A stretch of 34,858 nt of DNA from Calditrichia bacterium (GCA_037381445.1 JARRQT010000054.1:1-34858), one strand, 5' to 3'; shown: positions 16,896 through 26,167, numbered from the stretch's first letter. Notes: a model not told the origin generated them from the sequence alone. Program-made: numbers and translations.

Positions 16896-18659
16896 ATGTA
16901 TTTTAACAAGCCTATGTCCAAATCCTTTTTTCTGTTTGAAAGGTTTCCCAGCATCGGGAGTCTGATTTTGATTTTGCTTTTGGCTCAAATATACGGATTA
17001 TCGGCGCAGATTGTCTTGACAGAAGTGATGTTCGACGCCGATACGCTGGAATATCATAATGAATATGTGGAGATATACAATTCCGGTGACGCGGCTGTTG
17101 ACTTGAACGGCTGGTCCATTGGAGACAGCCTGGAACTGGACAAGATTATAGGGGGCGAAAGTGGTTCCCTTCTGGCAGCTGGACAGTTTGCCGTCATACT
17201 GGATGCCAGTTATTTTGAGAATTCCACCACTTATGACAGCATTATACCTTCAACCGCCTTGATACTTACCATTGATGACGGGAGTTTTGGAAGCTTTGGC
17301 TGGGCCAACTCCGAATCCGAGCCCGTCTATCTGACAAATCCCATGGGGGATACAGTTCAATTGTACCGCTATTCACCCGACAACCAGCCCGGTTATTCGG
17401 ATGAAAAAATATTCTGCACGGAAGATAATTCCGCTTCGAACTGGGCGAATTCGATCAGGTTCCGGGGAACACCGGGTTTTCTGAATTCTGTCTCTCCTCC
17501 GGATTGGGACCTCTCGGTTGATTCTCTATGGACTGATCCCGTTTACCCGCTGGCCGAAATCGGCATACAGGTCAATATGATATTAAAAAACCGGGGCAGA
17601 GAACCTATACAGGATTGCAGTGTTGTGCTTTTTGACGATCTGAATGAAAATTCCTTACCGGAAGAATCGGAAATCATTACCAGTCAAAATTTCTCCCGGG
17701 CGATTAATTGGTCGGATACGGTCAGGCTGAACCTGAATATTGATGGACTGCTGCAGGGGAAGCACCGTTTGGGGATTCAGGCAATTCTCCCTTCCGACCA
17801 GAGACCGGAAAACAATATACGTATAATTGAAATTTCCGTGGAAGACCTTCAAAATCCGATTATTCTGAACGAAATCATGTATCGCCCCCTTCCCGGAAAT
17901 CAGGAGTGGGTGGAACTGTATAACCGTGGCGAATATTCAATTAATTTGAAAGGATGGACATTTGCCGATGCCCGGGACACGGTGGTTCTGGCGACGAAAG
18001 ATCATTATTTGCCTGCGCAGAATTATCTGATAGTAAGCAAAGATTCCGCTGCAACTTTCCAATACGGAATTTCTCCGGATATTATCCTGATTGTTAAATC
18101 CATGCCGGTTTTGAACAACGATCAGGATGACGTGAAACTCTGCAGTGTGTCTGGCCGATTGATTGACAGAGTCAATTATTCCGACGCGTGGATGCGTCGC
18201 GAAACTGATGCAGGGATTTCTCTGGAGCGAATCAATCCTGAAATATCCTCCCAACTGGCAGACAATTGGGCTGCCTGCACCGATCCCAAAGGAAGCACTC
18301 CGGGCAAAGAAAATTCAATTTTCGTCTCAAAAATTTCAACGCAGTCCTCCCTTTCCATTACTCCCAATCCTTTCTCACCGGATAATGATGGTTATGAGGA
18401 TTATACGCTTATTCAATACCGTCTCCCGGCAGCCACCTCTTACATCACGCTGGACATTTATGATATCCTGGGAAGACGCTTGCGGCGCCTCTCGAATATG
18501 CTGCCGGTGGGACAGGAGGGGCAGTTGATCTGGGATGGCAGGGATGACAATGGCCGGATGTGCAGAATTGGAATTTATATCGTTCTGTGCCGGATTTTTG
18601 AAAGCAGCCGCAACCTGAGCAAGGAATTTAAAACAACCGTTGCCCTGGTGAAGCGATGA
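16896..18659 (+). CDS. Secreted lamin-tail-domain (2x LTD) + CARDB-like protein with FlgD-Ig/CHU_C-like C-terminal domain
   Basis: Signal peptide; IVLTEVMFD..EYVEIYN and IILNEIMY..EWVELYN LTD repeats each ending in a TPG..N motif; C-terminal PNPFSPDNDGYED...IYDILGR...WDGRDDNG...GIYIV. ATG 16896 has a GGGAG RBS. Confidence 0.85.
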   Translation: MYFNKPMSKSFFLFERFPSIGSLILILLLAQIYGLSAQIVLTEVMFDADTLEYHNEYVEIYNSGDAAVDLNGWSIGDSLELDKIIGGESGSLLAAGQFAVILDASYFENSTTYDSIIPSTALILTIDDGSFGSFGWANSESEPVYLTNPMGDTVQLYRYSPDNQPGYSDEKIFCTEDNSASNWANSIRFRGTPGFLNSVSPPDWDLSVDSLWTDPVYPLAEIGIQVNMILKNRGREPIQDCSVVLFDDLNENSLPEESEIITSQNFSRAINWSDTVRLNLNIDGLLQGKHRLGIQAILPSDQRPENNIRIIEISVEDLQNPIILNEIMYRPLPGNQEWVELYNRGEYSINLKGWTFADARDTVVLATKDHYLPAQNYLIVSKDSAATFQYGISPDIILIVKSMPVLNNDQDDVKLCSVSGRLIDRVNYSDAWMRRETDAGISLERINPEISSQLADNWAACTDPKGSTPGKENSIFVSKISTQSSLSITPNPFSPDNDGYEDYTLIQYRLPAATSYITLDIYDILGRRLRRLSNMLPVGQEGQLIWDGRDDNGRMCRIGIYIVLCRIFESSRNLSKEFKTTVALVKR

Positions 18660-18707
18660 TGTATCCTGTTTAATATGTATGGTGAGAGGATAGCTGATTC
18701 GATTCCT

Positions 18708-18725
18708 TCGCTGCAAATGCAGCGA
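18708..18725. terminator. GC-rich hairpin between convergent genes
   Basis: TCGCTGC-aaat-GCAGCGA. There is no U-tract, so terminator function is uncertain. Confidence 0.4.
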
Positions 18726-18729
18726 CCAA

Positions 18730-19647
18730 CTATATTTCTATAGTCATTCCTTCTCTGGCGGCATTGCACTCAATCGGGAGATTTTCCCCGGCGAGGATTT
18801 CGCGGCTTCTTTCCTGAATCTGATCGATCATTTCATCGTCGTGATTGGGGTCGTGATGAAAGAGAATCAGATTTTTTACATTGCTCTTTGCTGCCAGATC
18901 GACAGTGTAATTAAATGGAGAGTGCCCCCAGGTGACCTTGCTTTCATATTCCTCCGGCAAAAATTGGGTATCGTGAATCAGTATGTCCGCGTTCTTGCAG
19001 AACCGTATGAGGCTGTCATTTCTATCTTCAATAAAATTGTCGAAGAGATCTTCAAGTCTGGGTGATTTACTTTTGAAATTATTAAAATCGTGGGTATAGT
19101 TTGTATATTGGAAAGGTTCATTGTCGCTGATGTAGACAACGGTTCTGTCCATGTATTGCATCCGAAACCCCAGCGCATAGCCGGGATGGTTAAGATAGAT
19201 AGTCTGGACGGTCACACCCTCAATTTCAATTGCTTCCTCTTTGATAGAGCGAAAATGGATATCCGCCCTCAAATCTTCAATGGCGACCGGAAAGTAGGTG
19301 GGGTCCATCTGAAATGCGATAATCTGGTCCAAATTGAGCGACGCATCATCGCTGCCTAAAATGGTAAATTTGTTTCCGGGTTCATAAGCCGGGCGAAAAA
19401 AGGGGAGTCCCTGAATGTGATCCCAGTGAAAATGGCTGATGAAAATATAGGCGCTCACAGGATTAGGGCGTTTCAGCAAATTTTTTCCCAATTCCCTGAT
19501 GCCGGTTCCGGCATCCATAATGAATAAAGGACCGTTCTGGAATTGGATTTCTACACAAGGCGTATTTCCTCCATACCGAAGTGTGGAGGGTCCCGGAGTA
19601 GCTATTGAGCCCCTGGCACCCCAGAATTTAATCTTGATGTACTTCAT
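18730..19647 (-). CDS. Metallo-beta-lactamase-fold hydrolase (ElaC/PhnP-like phosphodiesterase subgroup)
   Basis: FWGARGSIATPG..YGGNTPCVE, DAGTG, SHFHWDHIQG (HxHxDH), LNHPG, WGHS, LFHHDP. Confidence 0.9.
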   Translation of the reverse strand: MKYIKIKFWGARGSIATPGPSTLRYGGNTPCVEIQFQNGPLFIMDAGTGIRELGKNLLKRPNPVSAYIFISHFHWDHIQGLPFFRPAYEPGNKFTILGSDDASLNLDQIIAFQMDPTYFPVAIEDLRADIHFRSIKEEAIEIEGVTVQTIYLNHPGYALGFRMQYMDRTVVYISDNEPFQYTNYTHDFNNFKSKSPRLEDLFDNFIEDRNDSLIRFCKNADILIHDTQFLPEEYESKVTWGHSPFNYTVDLAAKSNVKNLILFHHDPNHDDEMIDQIQERSREILAGENLPIECNAAREGMTIEI

Positions 19648-20047
19648 CAGCGGCGGGGAGTAATAAATTTTTTATGGCGTCTAAGAGTATATATGAACGG
19701 GTGGGTTTGGTCAAAAATAAATCTGCGCCCAGTGCAAATGCCTTCCGGCGATCGGATTCATAAAGCTTGCCAGAATAGATAATAATGCGAGTATTTTCTG
19801 TGGCAGGATTTTCTTTGATCATCTTGCAGAGCCGTAGTCCGTCGATTTCGGGCATCATCAGATCAAGGATCACGAGACGCGGCCTGGCATCCAGAATTTT
19901 CTGATAGGCCTCTTTGCTGTCGGTGGTGAACTGGGCATTGAACCCATACTGTTCTATTAATAATTTTATTATATTTGCCTGCTCTAAATTGTCATCTACA
20001 ACCAGGATGTCAAAATTTGCAGCATTCTGCGTGTCTTCAAAATGCAT
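19628..20047 (-). CDS. Single-domain response regulator (receiver)
   Basis: ILVVDD, ILDLMMPEIDG (phospho-Asp), YSG, FLTKP. ATG 20047 has a GAGGA RBS; the stop overlaps the MBL gene start. Confidence 0.92.
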   Translation of the reverse strand: MHFEDTQNAANFDILVVDDNLEQANIIKLLIEQYGFNAQFTTDSKEAYQKILDARPRLVILDLMMPEIDGLRLCKMIKENPATENTRIIIYSGKLYESDRRKAFALGADLFLTKPTRSYILLDAIKNLLLPAADEVHQD

Positions 20048-20113
20048 GTTTTTCCTCAGGTTATTCCTTGTCGCTGTCATCATCTTCGCACCATTTATAA
20101 TCTGTCTGCTTGA

Positions 20114-20156
20114 AAATTAGATTGATTAACAGGGCGGAAGGGTGACTAAAGTCACA
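20114..20156 (-). promoter_or_regulatory. CRP/FNR-family binding site with class II promoter geometry
   Basis: Minus strand TGTGA-ctttag-TCACC (20156-20141; 9/10 match to TGTGA-N6-TCACA). Its centre is 29.5 bp from the first T of a TAATTT -10 (20119-20114), i.e. centred at -41.5. Confidence 0.6.
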
Positions 20157-20227
20157 AGTGAAATCTCCAAAATTTGGTGTATCACAATTCTTTTATTTGA
20201 TTTATTGAATGTCGCTGGATCTACCCT

Positions 20228-22063
20228 TCAAAAAAACTCAGTTCTGTTTCCTTCAAACAAACATTCAATAAAATAATACGATCTGTTTAACGGCTCTTCC
20301 TGCAAAATTTTATTGAACTCAGGATTTTCAGGTGTGGTTTGCTTTAGTGTTTGCCGGAGATAATCGATTCTGGTCTGAAAACGCGTGATTTTTATTCTTT
20401 CAATGCAATCGTTTAGATAACGGCCCGGATTTTGAATGTCCTTTAGGAGATCGGCAGTAATCAGACTGACTATCTCCTCATTCCCCTCCTTTTCTTCGAT
20501 GGAAGAAATTACCGTATGAACAGGGCTTTCGCCGGAATTTCGGAGGTCATTCCGGATATGAACAAAAATATTGCGAAAAGCCTCATTCAGGAAATCTTCC
20601 GGTTCAAGCAGGCTGAATATAATTGCTTTCAAATCCTGGAAATGGGTGAGCAAAAGAACGATTACATCTTTTTCGGCACTCCATGCCCCGGTGAGCGGGA
20701 TTTTAGGCCGGGTTTGCGAAGTAACCGACGGCTGCCTCTCTGAAAAATTTCGCTCCCTCGACCGCAGCGTTCTCTGTTTCTTCTGCATTTCCTCCAGCAA
20801 AGTATTTTCCTGCAGGCCGAATTTGTCAGATAAATATTTGATGTAAAAATTCTGTTTTAGCGGATCCGGATGGGATGCCAGGGTCTCCAGCATTTCACTG
20901 ACGATGCCGGACCGCTTCGCTACTGTGTCCAGCCCTCTGGCTTTTCCAAGGTAATCGGATTTAAATTCGAAGAAATCCCTGGCCGATTTTATTAGGGCGT
21001 AAAAAGCGGAAGAACCATTGTTTTTTACATAACTGTCCGGGTCTTCATTTTCCGGTAATATCAGCACCCGCACATTCAAATTATTCTCGAACAGGATTTG
21101 TCCTCCCCTAAGAGCCGCGTTGATTCCCGCATTGTCAGCGTCATAACACATTACAATATCCGCAGAATAGCGACGGATTATTTTGGCATGATCCGTCGTT
21201 AATGCCGTGCCGCTGGTCGCCACCACATTTTTTACATTATTCTGGAATAGCTGCAAATAGTCCATGTAGCCTTCCACGAAAATGGCATAGCCTTCCTGGC
21301 GGATCCAGTCTTTGGAATAATTAAGACCATACAGGATCTGACTTTTTTTATAGATCGGAGATTCCGGAGAATTGAGATACTTGGGAGTCTGCGGATCGTC
21401 CGATAGTGCCCTGCCGCCAAAAGCAATAACCCGTCCCGATACATTATAGATCGGGAAAATCAGGCGATTCCGAAAACGGTCGTATTTCCGGTTCGGATCT
21501 TTCTCACTCTGCATTATAAGTCCGGCCTGCAGAAAGGATTCAAGACTTATTTTTTTCGATTGAATTGTATTATATAATCCATCCCAGGAATCGGGGACGT
21601 AACCGATTTTAAAGAAATCAATGGAATCCTGTGAAATCCCTCTTTTCGCGAGATACTTTTTTATCTCATTAAAATGTTGCTTAAGAGTGGTGTGAAAATA
21701 CTCTGCCGCGAGGTGATTTGCTTTGTAGAGCCGGTCATATTCGCTTGCTGCTTTTTCTTCAGCCTGGTACCGCGGCAGCTGGATTCCTGCTTCTTCAGCC
21801 AGTTTATTAACCGCCTCGATGAAGGTTATCTTTTCATAGCGCATCAGAAAATTGAAGACATTTCCGCCGGCCCCGCAGCCGAAACAGTAGAATATCTGCT
21901 TTTCACTGCTGACGGTGAAAGAAGGGGTCTTTTCGGTATGGAATGGACAGTGAGCGATAAAATTTCGCCCCCGTTTTTTAAGGGAGATGTAGCGTGAAAT
22001 AAGATCCACGATATCAACGGAATCCCGAATTCTGTCAATTAAATGTTCAGGTATGGGTGCCAT
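20228..22063 (-). CDS. dnaG: DNA primase
   Basis: CPFH.EKTPSF..FYCFGCG zinc finger, DRFRNRLIFPI, KYLNSPE, TOPRIM VEGYMD and YDADNAG, EDPDS. The last about 22 aa look atypical. Confidence 0.97.
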   Translation of the reverse strand: MAPIPEHLIDRIRDSVDIVDLISRYISLKKRGRNFIAHCPFHTEKTPSFTVSSEKQIFYCFGCGAGGNVFNFLMRYEKITFIEAVNKLAEEAGIQLPRYQAEEKAASEYDRLYKANHLAAEYFHTTLKQHFNEIKKYLAKRGISQDSIDFFKIGYVPDSWDGLYNTIQSKKISLESFLQAGLIMQSEKDPNRKYDRFRNRLIFPIYNVSGRVIAFGGRALSDDPQTPKYLNSPESPIYKKSQILYGLNYSKDWIRQEGYAIFVEGYMDYLQLFQNNVKNVVATSGTALTTDHAKIIRRYSADIVMCYDADNAGINAALRGGQILFENNLNVRVLILPENEDPDSYVKNNGSSAFYALIKSARDFFEFKSDYLGKARGLDTVAKRSGIVSEMLETLASHPDPLKQNFYIKYLSDKFGLQENTLLEEMQKKQRTLRSRERNFSERQPSVTSQTRPKIPLTGAWSAEKDVIVLLLTHFQDLKAIIFSLLEPEDFLNEAFRNIFVHIRNDLRNSGESPVHTVISSIEEKEGNEEIVSLITADLLKDIQNPGRYLNDCIERIKITRFQTRIDYLRQTLKQTTPENPEFNKILQEEPLNRSYYFIECLFEGNRTEFF

Positions 22064-22189
22064 TTGAATTTATAATTCTCCAAAACTGTTGAAATCAATC
22101 ATTTTTTAGCTGCCAGGTACTACCCATTGCCACAATACGCTGTATTCAATTTTGTGCCCGCTCTCCCGCTTTCCTATGTCAGAGTTTCC

Positions 22190-22218
22190 TTGACTTAATT
22201 TTTGATCTATTGTAAATT
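22190..22218 (+). promoter_or_regulatory. Promoter of the DUF3467 gene
   Basis: TTGACT, 17-bp spacer, TAAATT. Confidence 0.55.
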
Positions 22219-22266
22219 AAACGCTTAATAAATTTAAAATATAAAAACTAAATCATTGTGGTGAAA

Positions 22267-22599
22267 ATGGATTCCAAAAATCAATCAACAGTTCCACAAC
22301 AACAAATTAATATCGAATTAAATCCCGAACAAGCAGAGGGCATTTATTCGAACCTGGCTTTGATTACCCACTCCCCCGCGGAATTTGTAATCGATTTTAC
22401 CAGGATTCTTCCGGGAGTGCCCAAATCAAAGGTATATGCCAGAATCATAATGACTCCTCAACATGCCAAAAGTCTGTTGAAGGCTCTTGAAGATAACTTA
22501 AAAAAATTCGAATCGCAATACGGGGAGATCAAACTTCATGGATTCCCGGTGGGAAATAAACCTTTCGGTTTCCAGCCCCCGGATGAAGAGAAAAAATGA
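22267..22599 (+). CDS. DUF3467 family protein
   Basis: QQINIEL...AEGIYSNLALITHSPAEFVIDF..ARIIMTPQHAK.LL.AL.DN..KFE..YGEI. Confidence 0.88.
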   Translation: MDSKNQSTVPQQQINIELNPEQAEGIYSNLALITHSPAEFVIDFTRILPGVPKSKVYARIIMTPQHAKSLLKALEDNLKKFESQYGEIKLHGFPVGNKPFGFQPPDEEKK

Positions 22600-22796
22600 G
22601 ATACTAATTATTTGTTCTATTTATTTGTTGAGCCGGTCACAATTTGGGGTGGGATAATTTGTAAAGTAGGGTTCTGCAAGGGACTGCATTTCCAAATTAA
22701 CTGGTTAACCGGGGTGTCAAAATTATCGGTGTCTGAAGCAGATTGGATATTGCTTCATAACTTGAATCAATATTTCCAAAATTATCTGAAATAATA

Positions 22797-23483
22797 ATGA
22801 ATAGTGTAGCGGACAATTTAAACCGGATCAGAGAAAGAATTGCAAATGCGGCGACCCGAAGCCGGCGACAGCCGGAAGATATTACGCTGATAGCTGTCAC
22901 AAAAACAGTTGCTGCCGAACAGATCAACCATGCGATAGCAGCCGGTGTAAAGATCATCGGGGAAAGCCGCATTCAGGAAGCCATGGATAAAAGAGAAGAA
23001 ATTCAACCGGCAACCTGGCATATGATAGGCCATCTGCAGACCAACAAAGTGAAATATGCGGTCCGGATTTTTGATATGATTCAATCGGTTGACAGCATTC
23101 ATCTTGCCCGGGAAATCAACAAACGCTGCGCTTCAACGGATCGGAAAATGCCGGTACTCATAGAAATCAATACCAGCGGAGAAGAATCGAAATATGGCTG
23201 CGGACCGGGAAAGGCGCCGGAACTTGTTCATGCGATTTCCGAAATGAAAAATTTGCAGATCAGAGGCCTCATGACCATCGGTTTATTCAGTGATGATCCC
23301 GATGCTGTGCGGCCCTGTTTTGTATCCCTGCGGCAATTGGCAGAGCGGATAGCAGAAATGAAAATCCCGGGAGTCGCTATGGATATCCTTTCCATGGGCA
23401 TGTCATCGGATTTCGAACTGGCTATTGAAGAAGGCTCGACCATGGTTCGTATCGGCTCTGCGATTTTTGGCGCCAGAAATTGA
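22797..23483 (+). CDS. yggS: YggS/PLPHP pyridoxal phosphate homeostasis protein
   Basis: LIAVTKT (PLP Lys), WHMIGHLQTNK, GLMTIG, LSMGMSSDFELAIEEGSTMVRIGSAIFG. Confidence 0.96.
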   Translation: MNSVADNLNRIRERIANAATRSRRQPEDITLIAVTKTVAAEQINHAIAAGVKIIGESRIQEAMDKREEIQPATWHMIGHLQTNKVKYAVRIFDMIQSVDSIHLAREINKRCASTDRKMPVLIEINTSGEESKYGCGPGKAPELVHAISEMKNLQIRGLMTIGLFSDDPDAVRPCFVSLRQLAERIAEMKIPGVAMDILSMGMSSDFELAIEEGSTMVRIGSAIFGARN

Positions 23484-23569
23484 GCGCATATATCGATGGA
23501 ATGAAACAACTGAGTTTTTTATCAAATTTTGATATATGACAAACCCTCAAAAAAAGAGGAGAGGGAACC

Positions 23570-24421
23570 ATGAAATTAACACCGCTTGAGATCAGAAAAC
23601 AGGAATTCCGTAAAGGTATCCGCGGATACGACCAGGTTGAAGTGCAGACTTTTCTGGAAATGGTTGCCGAAGAATATGAGCGAGTTCTGGAAGATAATAA
23701 ACAAATCAACCGGCGGATCATTGAACTGGAGACCAAGCTGCAGGACTATCAGGAAAATGAAAAGAACCTCCGCGAGACTTTGCTCAATGTTCAGGAAGTG
23801 AAAAAACAGTCTGAAGAGAGCAGCAGAAGGCAGGCCGATTTGATCATCAAGGAGGCGGAACTGAAGGCGCTTGAAATCATTGAAATGGCTCGTAAGCAGT
23901 CCCGGCAGATGAGGGACGAAGTGAATATCCTGCGGACGCAGAAGGAATCTTTCATCAATCGCCTGCGGCAAATCCTGATTTCCCAGATAGAATTACTGTC
24001 TGTTCTGGAAATTGATGATGCGCTGCCGGAAGAGGCCCATCAGTTTATGGATAAAGTCCGCACGCGCAAGAAGGCGGCCCTGAATCATCGTGTTGAAGCA
24101 CAGAAAACAGAAAAAGAGCCGGGCGGAAAAGAAGACGAGCAAGCTACGCTGATTGAATTCGCGGAAGATGCCAAAGAACAGGATACACCGGAAGAACAGC
24201 CTGCCACAACCGATGATGAAGAATTCAGCGTGTCTGCAGACTTCATTGAAACGGAACCTGACAGCGGGGAAGTTGATATAAAGGAACCTTCGGACAAGCT
24301 GAATGATCAGAATGAATTGAAAGAAAATGATGAAGATAATGATGATATAAATGAATTCTTCAAGAAGGGTATTCAGATAGACGATCTGATTAAGAATCTG
24401 GATAAAAAGAAACAAAAGTAG
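23570..24421 (+). CDS. divIVA: DivIVA-domain protein with long acidic C-terminal tail
   Basis: MKLTPLEIRKQEFRKGIRGYDQVEVQTFLE followed by a coiled coil; lies downstream of yggS and upstream of ileS. Confidence 0.88.
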   Translation: MKLTPLEIRKQEFRKGIRGYDQVEVQTFLEMVAEEYERVLEDNKQINRRIIELETKLQDYQENEKNLRETLLNVQEVKKQSEESSRRQADLIIKEAELKALEIIEMARKQSRQMRDEVNILRTQKESFINRLRQILISQIELLSVLEIDDALPEEAHQFMDKVRTRKKAALNHRVEAQKTEKEPGGKEDEQATLIEFAEDAKEQDTPEEQPATTDDEEFSVSADFIETEPDSGEVDIKEPSDKLNDQNELKENDEDNDDINEFFKKGIQIDDLIKNLDKKKQK

Positions 24422-24423
24422 AA

Positions 24424-25074
24424 ATGGGAGGCACAGTGCACGGGAAGTTGTGGATGTGGTTTATTCTTGCAGGAATTCTCCTGTTTGCGGGATGCGGAAG
24501 CAGCAAATATATATTGATGAAAAATCTGCATGCTGAACAGACGGTTAAAATTGTTTTTAAAGATGGCAATTCCGTGACCGGACTTGTTAAATCGAAAAAA
24601 GGGAACACAGTTACTTATGTATCCGAAGTCGATCATAAAGAGCATGCTATTCCGATAACCGATATTCATCGAATAGAAAAGACGGATAAATATCTGGATA
24701 ATCAGGCATATCCCATCAGCGGGGCGGAAATTGAAAAGAATCGCAGTAATCGGAATACATGGGGATATGCAATTGGCGGAGCAGTGATTGGAGGGGCGGC
24801 CGGAATCGTGGTGGGCCTCCCGTTCTGGTATGCGGATGTAAAAGGAATCCCGCCCTACTTTGTGGGCGGCGCCGGCGCAGTGGCGGGAAGTATTTACTTT
24901 GGCTATCTGGGGCAGAAAAAGGACAAAGAGGCTGCCATCGATAAAATTCGTTTCATTCGGGACCGAGACCGGGAGATGGAAAAGGAAGTGGAAAAAGAGA
25001 AACAGGAGATAAAAAAGCTGGAAGAAGAGAAGGAAAAGCTAAAAGAACAGCTGAAAAAGCAAAAACCGGAGTGA
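24424..25074 (+). CDS. Hypothetical lipoprotein with Gly-rich hydrophobic hairpin and C-terminal charged coiled coil
   Basis: Lipobox LFAG-C; GYAIGGAVIGGAAGIVVG and VGGAGAVAGSIYFG segments; K/E-rich tail. Confidence 0.75.
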   Translation: MGGTVHGKLWMWFILAGILLFAGCGSSKYILMKNLHAEQTVKIVFKDGNSVTGLVKSKKGNTVTYVSEVDHKEHAIPITDIHRIEKTDKYLDNQAYPISGAEIEKNRSNRNTWGYAIGGAVIGGAAGIVVGLPFWYADVKGIPPYFVGGAGAVAGSIYFGYLGQKKDKEAAIDKIRFIRDRDREMEKEVEKEKQEIKKLEEEKEKLKEQLKKQKPE

Positions 25075-25104
25075 AATTCTTACAAACTCAGAAAAGGAAT
25101 TGTG

Positions 25105-25926
25105 ATGAGCGATTTACGAAAAAAGATTGATGAAACGCTGTCTTACATTGAGAAAGCAACAGATTTGAAACCAGAAATTGGGATCGTGTTGGGAACCGGT
25201 CTCGGGGAACTCGCCACAAAAATTCATGCTGTTGCAGAATTGTCATATAAAGACATACCGCATTTTCCGGTTTCTACTGTGGAAAGCCATGCGGGAAAAT
25301 TGATATTCGGCAAACTCGCGGGTCAGTGTGTCATGGCCATGCAGGGACGCTTCCATTTCTATGAAGGCTATTCCATGAAAGAGATTACTTATCCGATCCG
25401 GGTGATGAATTTTCTGAATGTAAAAACATTGGTTATTTCCAATGCCGCCGGAGGGATGAATCCTATCTACCGGAAAGGCGATATCATGATCATGAATGAT
25501 CACATCAATTTGCTGGGGGACAATCCGTTGATCGGGCCCAATGAGGATGAATTAGGCCCCAGGTTTCCCGATATGTCCGAACCCTACAGCCGACGGCTTA
25601 TTCAACTGGCCGAAGACATCGCAATTGAGAATAAAATCAAAGTGCAGAAAGGTGTTTATGTGGCTGTTTCTGGACCCAACCTGGAAACCCGGGCGGAGTA
25701 CCGTTTTCTGCGCGGAATTGGCGCAGATGTCGTCGGAATGTCCACCATTCCGGAAGTCATCGTGGCCCGCCACATGGATATGGAGGTTTTTGGTGTATCG
25801 GTTGTGACGGACGAATGTTTCCCGGATGCCCTGGAGCCGGCCAATGTGGACGATATCATCCGGACGGCAAATGGGGCTCAGCCAAGACTGACGCTTTTAA
25901 TGGAGAAAGTGATCGAAAGACTATAG
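25105..25926 (+). CDS. punA: Purine-nucleoside phosphorylase (trimeric type)
   Basis: IVLGTGLG, STVESHAG, QGRFHFYEG, NAAGG, GPNLET.AE, VGMST.PE. Confidence 0.95.
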   Translation: MSDLRKKIDETLSYIEKATDLKPEIGIVLGTGLGELATKIHAVAELSYKDIPHFPVSTVESHAGKLIFGKLAGQCVMAMQGRFHFYEGYSMKEITYPIRVMNFLNVKTLVISNAAGGMNPIYRKGDIMIMNDHINLLGDNPLIGPNEDELGPRFPDMSEPYSRRLIQLAEDIAIENKIKVQKGVYVAVSGPNLETRAEYRFLRGIGADVVGMSTIPEVIVARHMDMEVFGVSVVTDECFPDALEPANVDDIIRTANGAQPRLTLLMEKVIERL

Positions 25927-25939
25927 GTGTTGTGTGGTT

Positions 25940-26167
25940 ATGGAACAATTTCCCCTGCATCCGCTGGCAAAAATGTTAATTATTGTGGGAGGAATTATTG
26001 TCCTGATCGGTGTCATCCTTCTTTTTGCCAATAATATACCTTATATTGGGCGGCTGCCGGGCGACATTATCATAAAAAGAAAAAATTTTACTTTTTACTT
26101 TCCATTAACCACTCTCATCATATTAAATTTAGTGATTTATTTAATTGTTTACCTGTTGAGAAAGTAG
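25940..26167 (+). CDS. DUF2905 family small membrane protein
   Basis: IGRLPGDIIIKRKNFTFYFPLTT flanked by two hydrophobic helices. Confidence 0.88.
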   Translation: MEQFPLHPLAKMLIIVGGIIVLIGVILLFANNIPYIGRLPGDIIIKRKNFTFYFPLTTLIILNLVIYLIVYLLRK

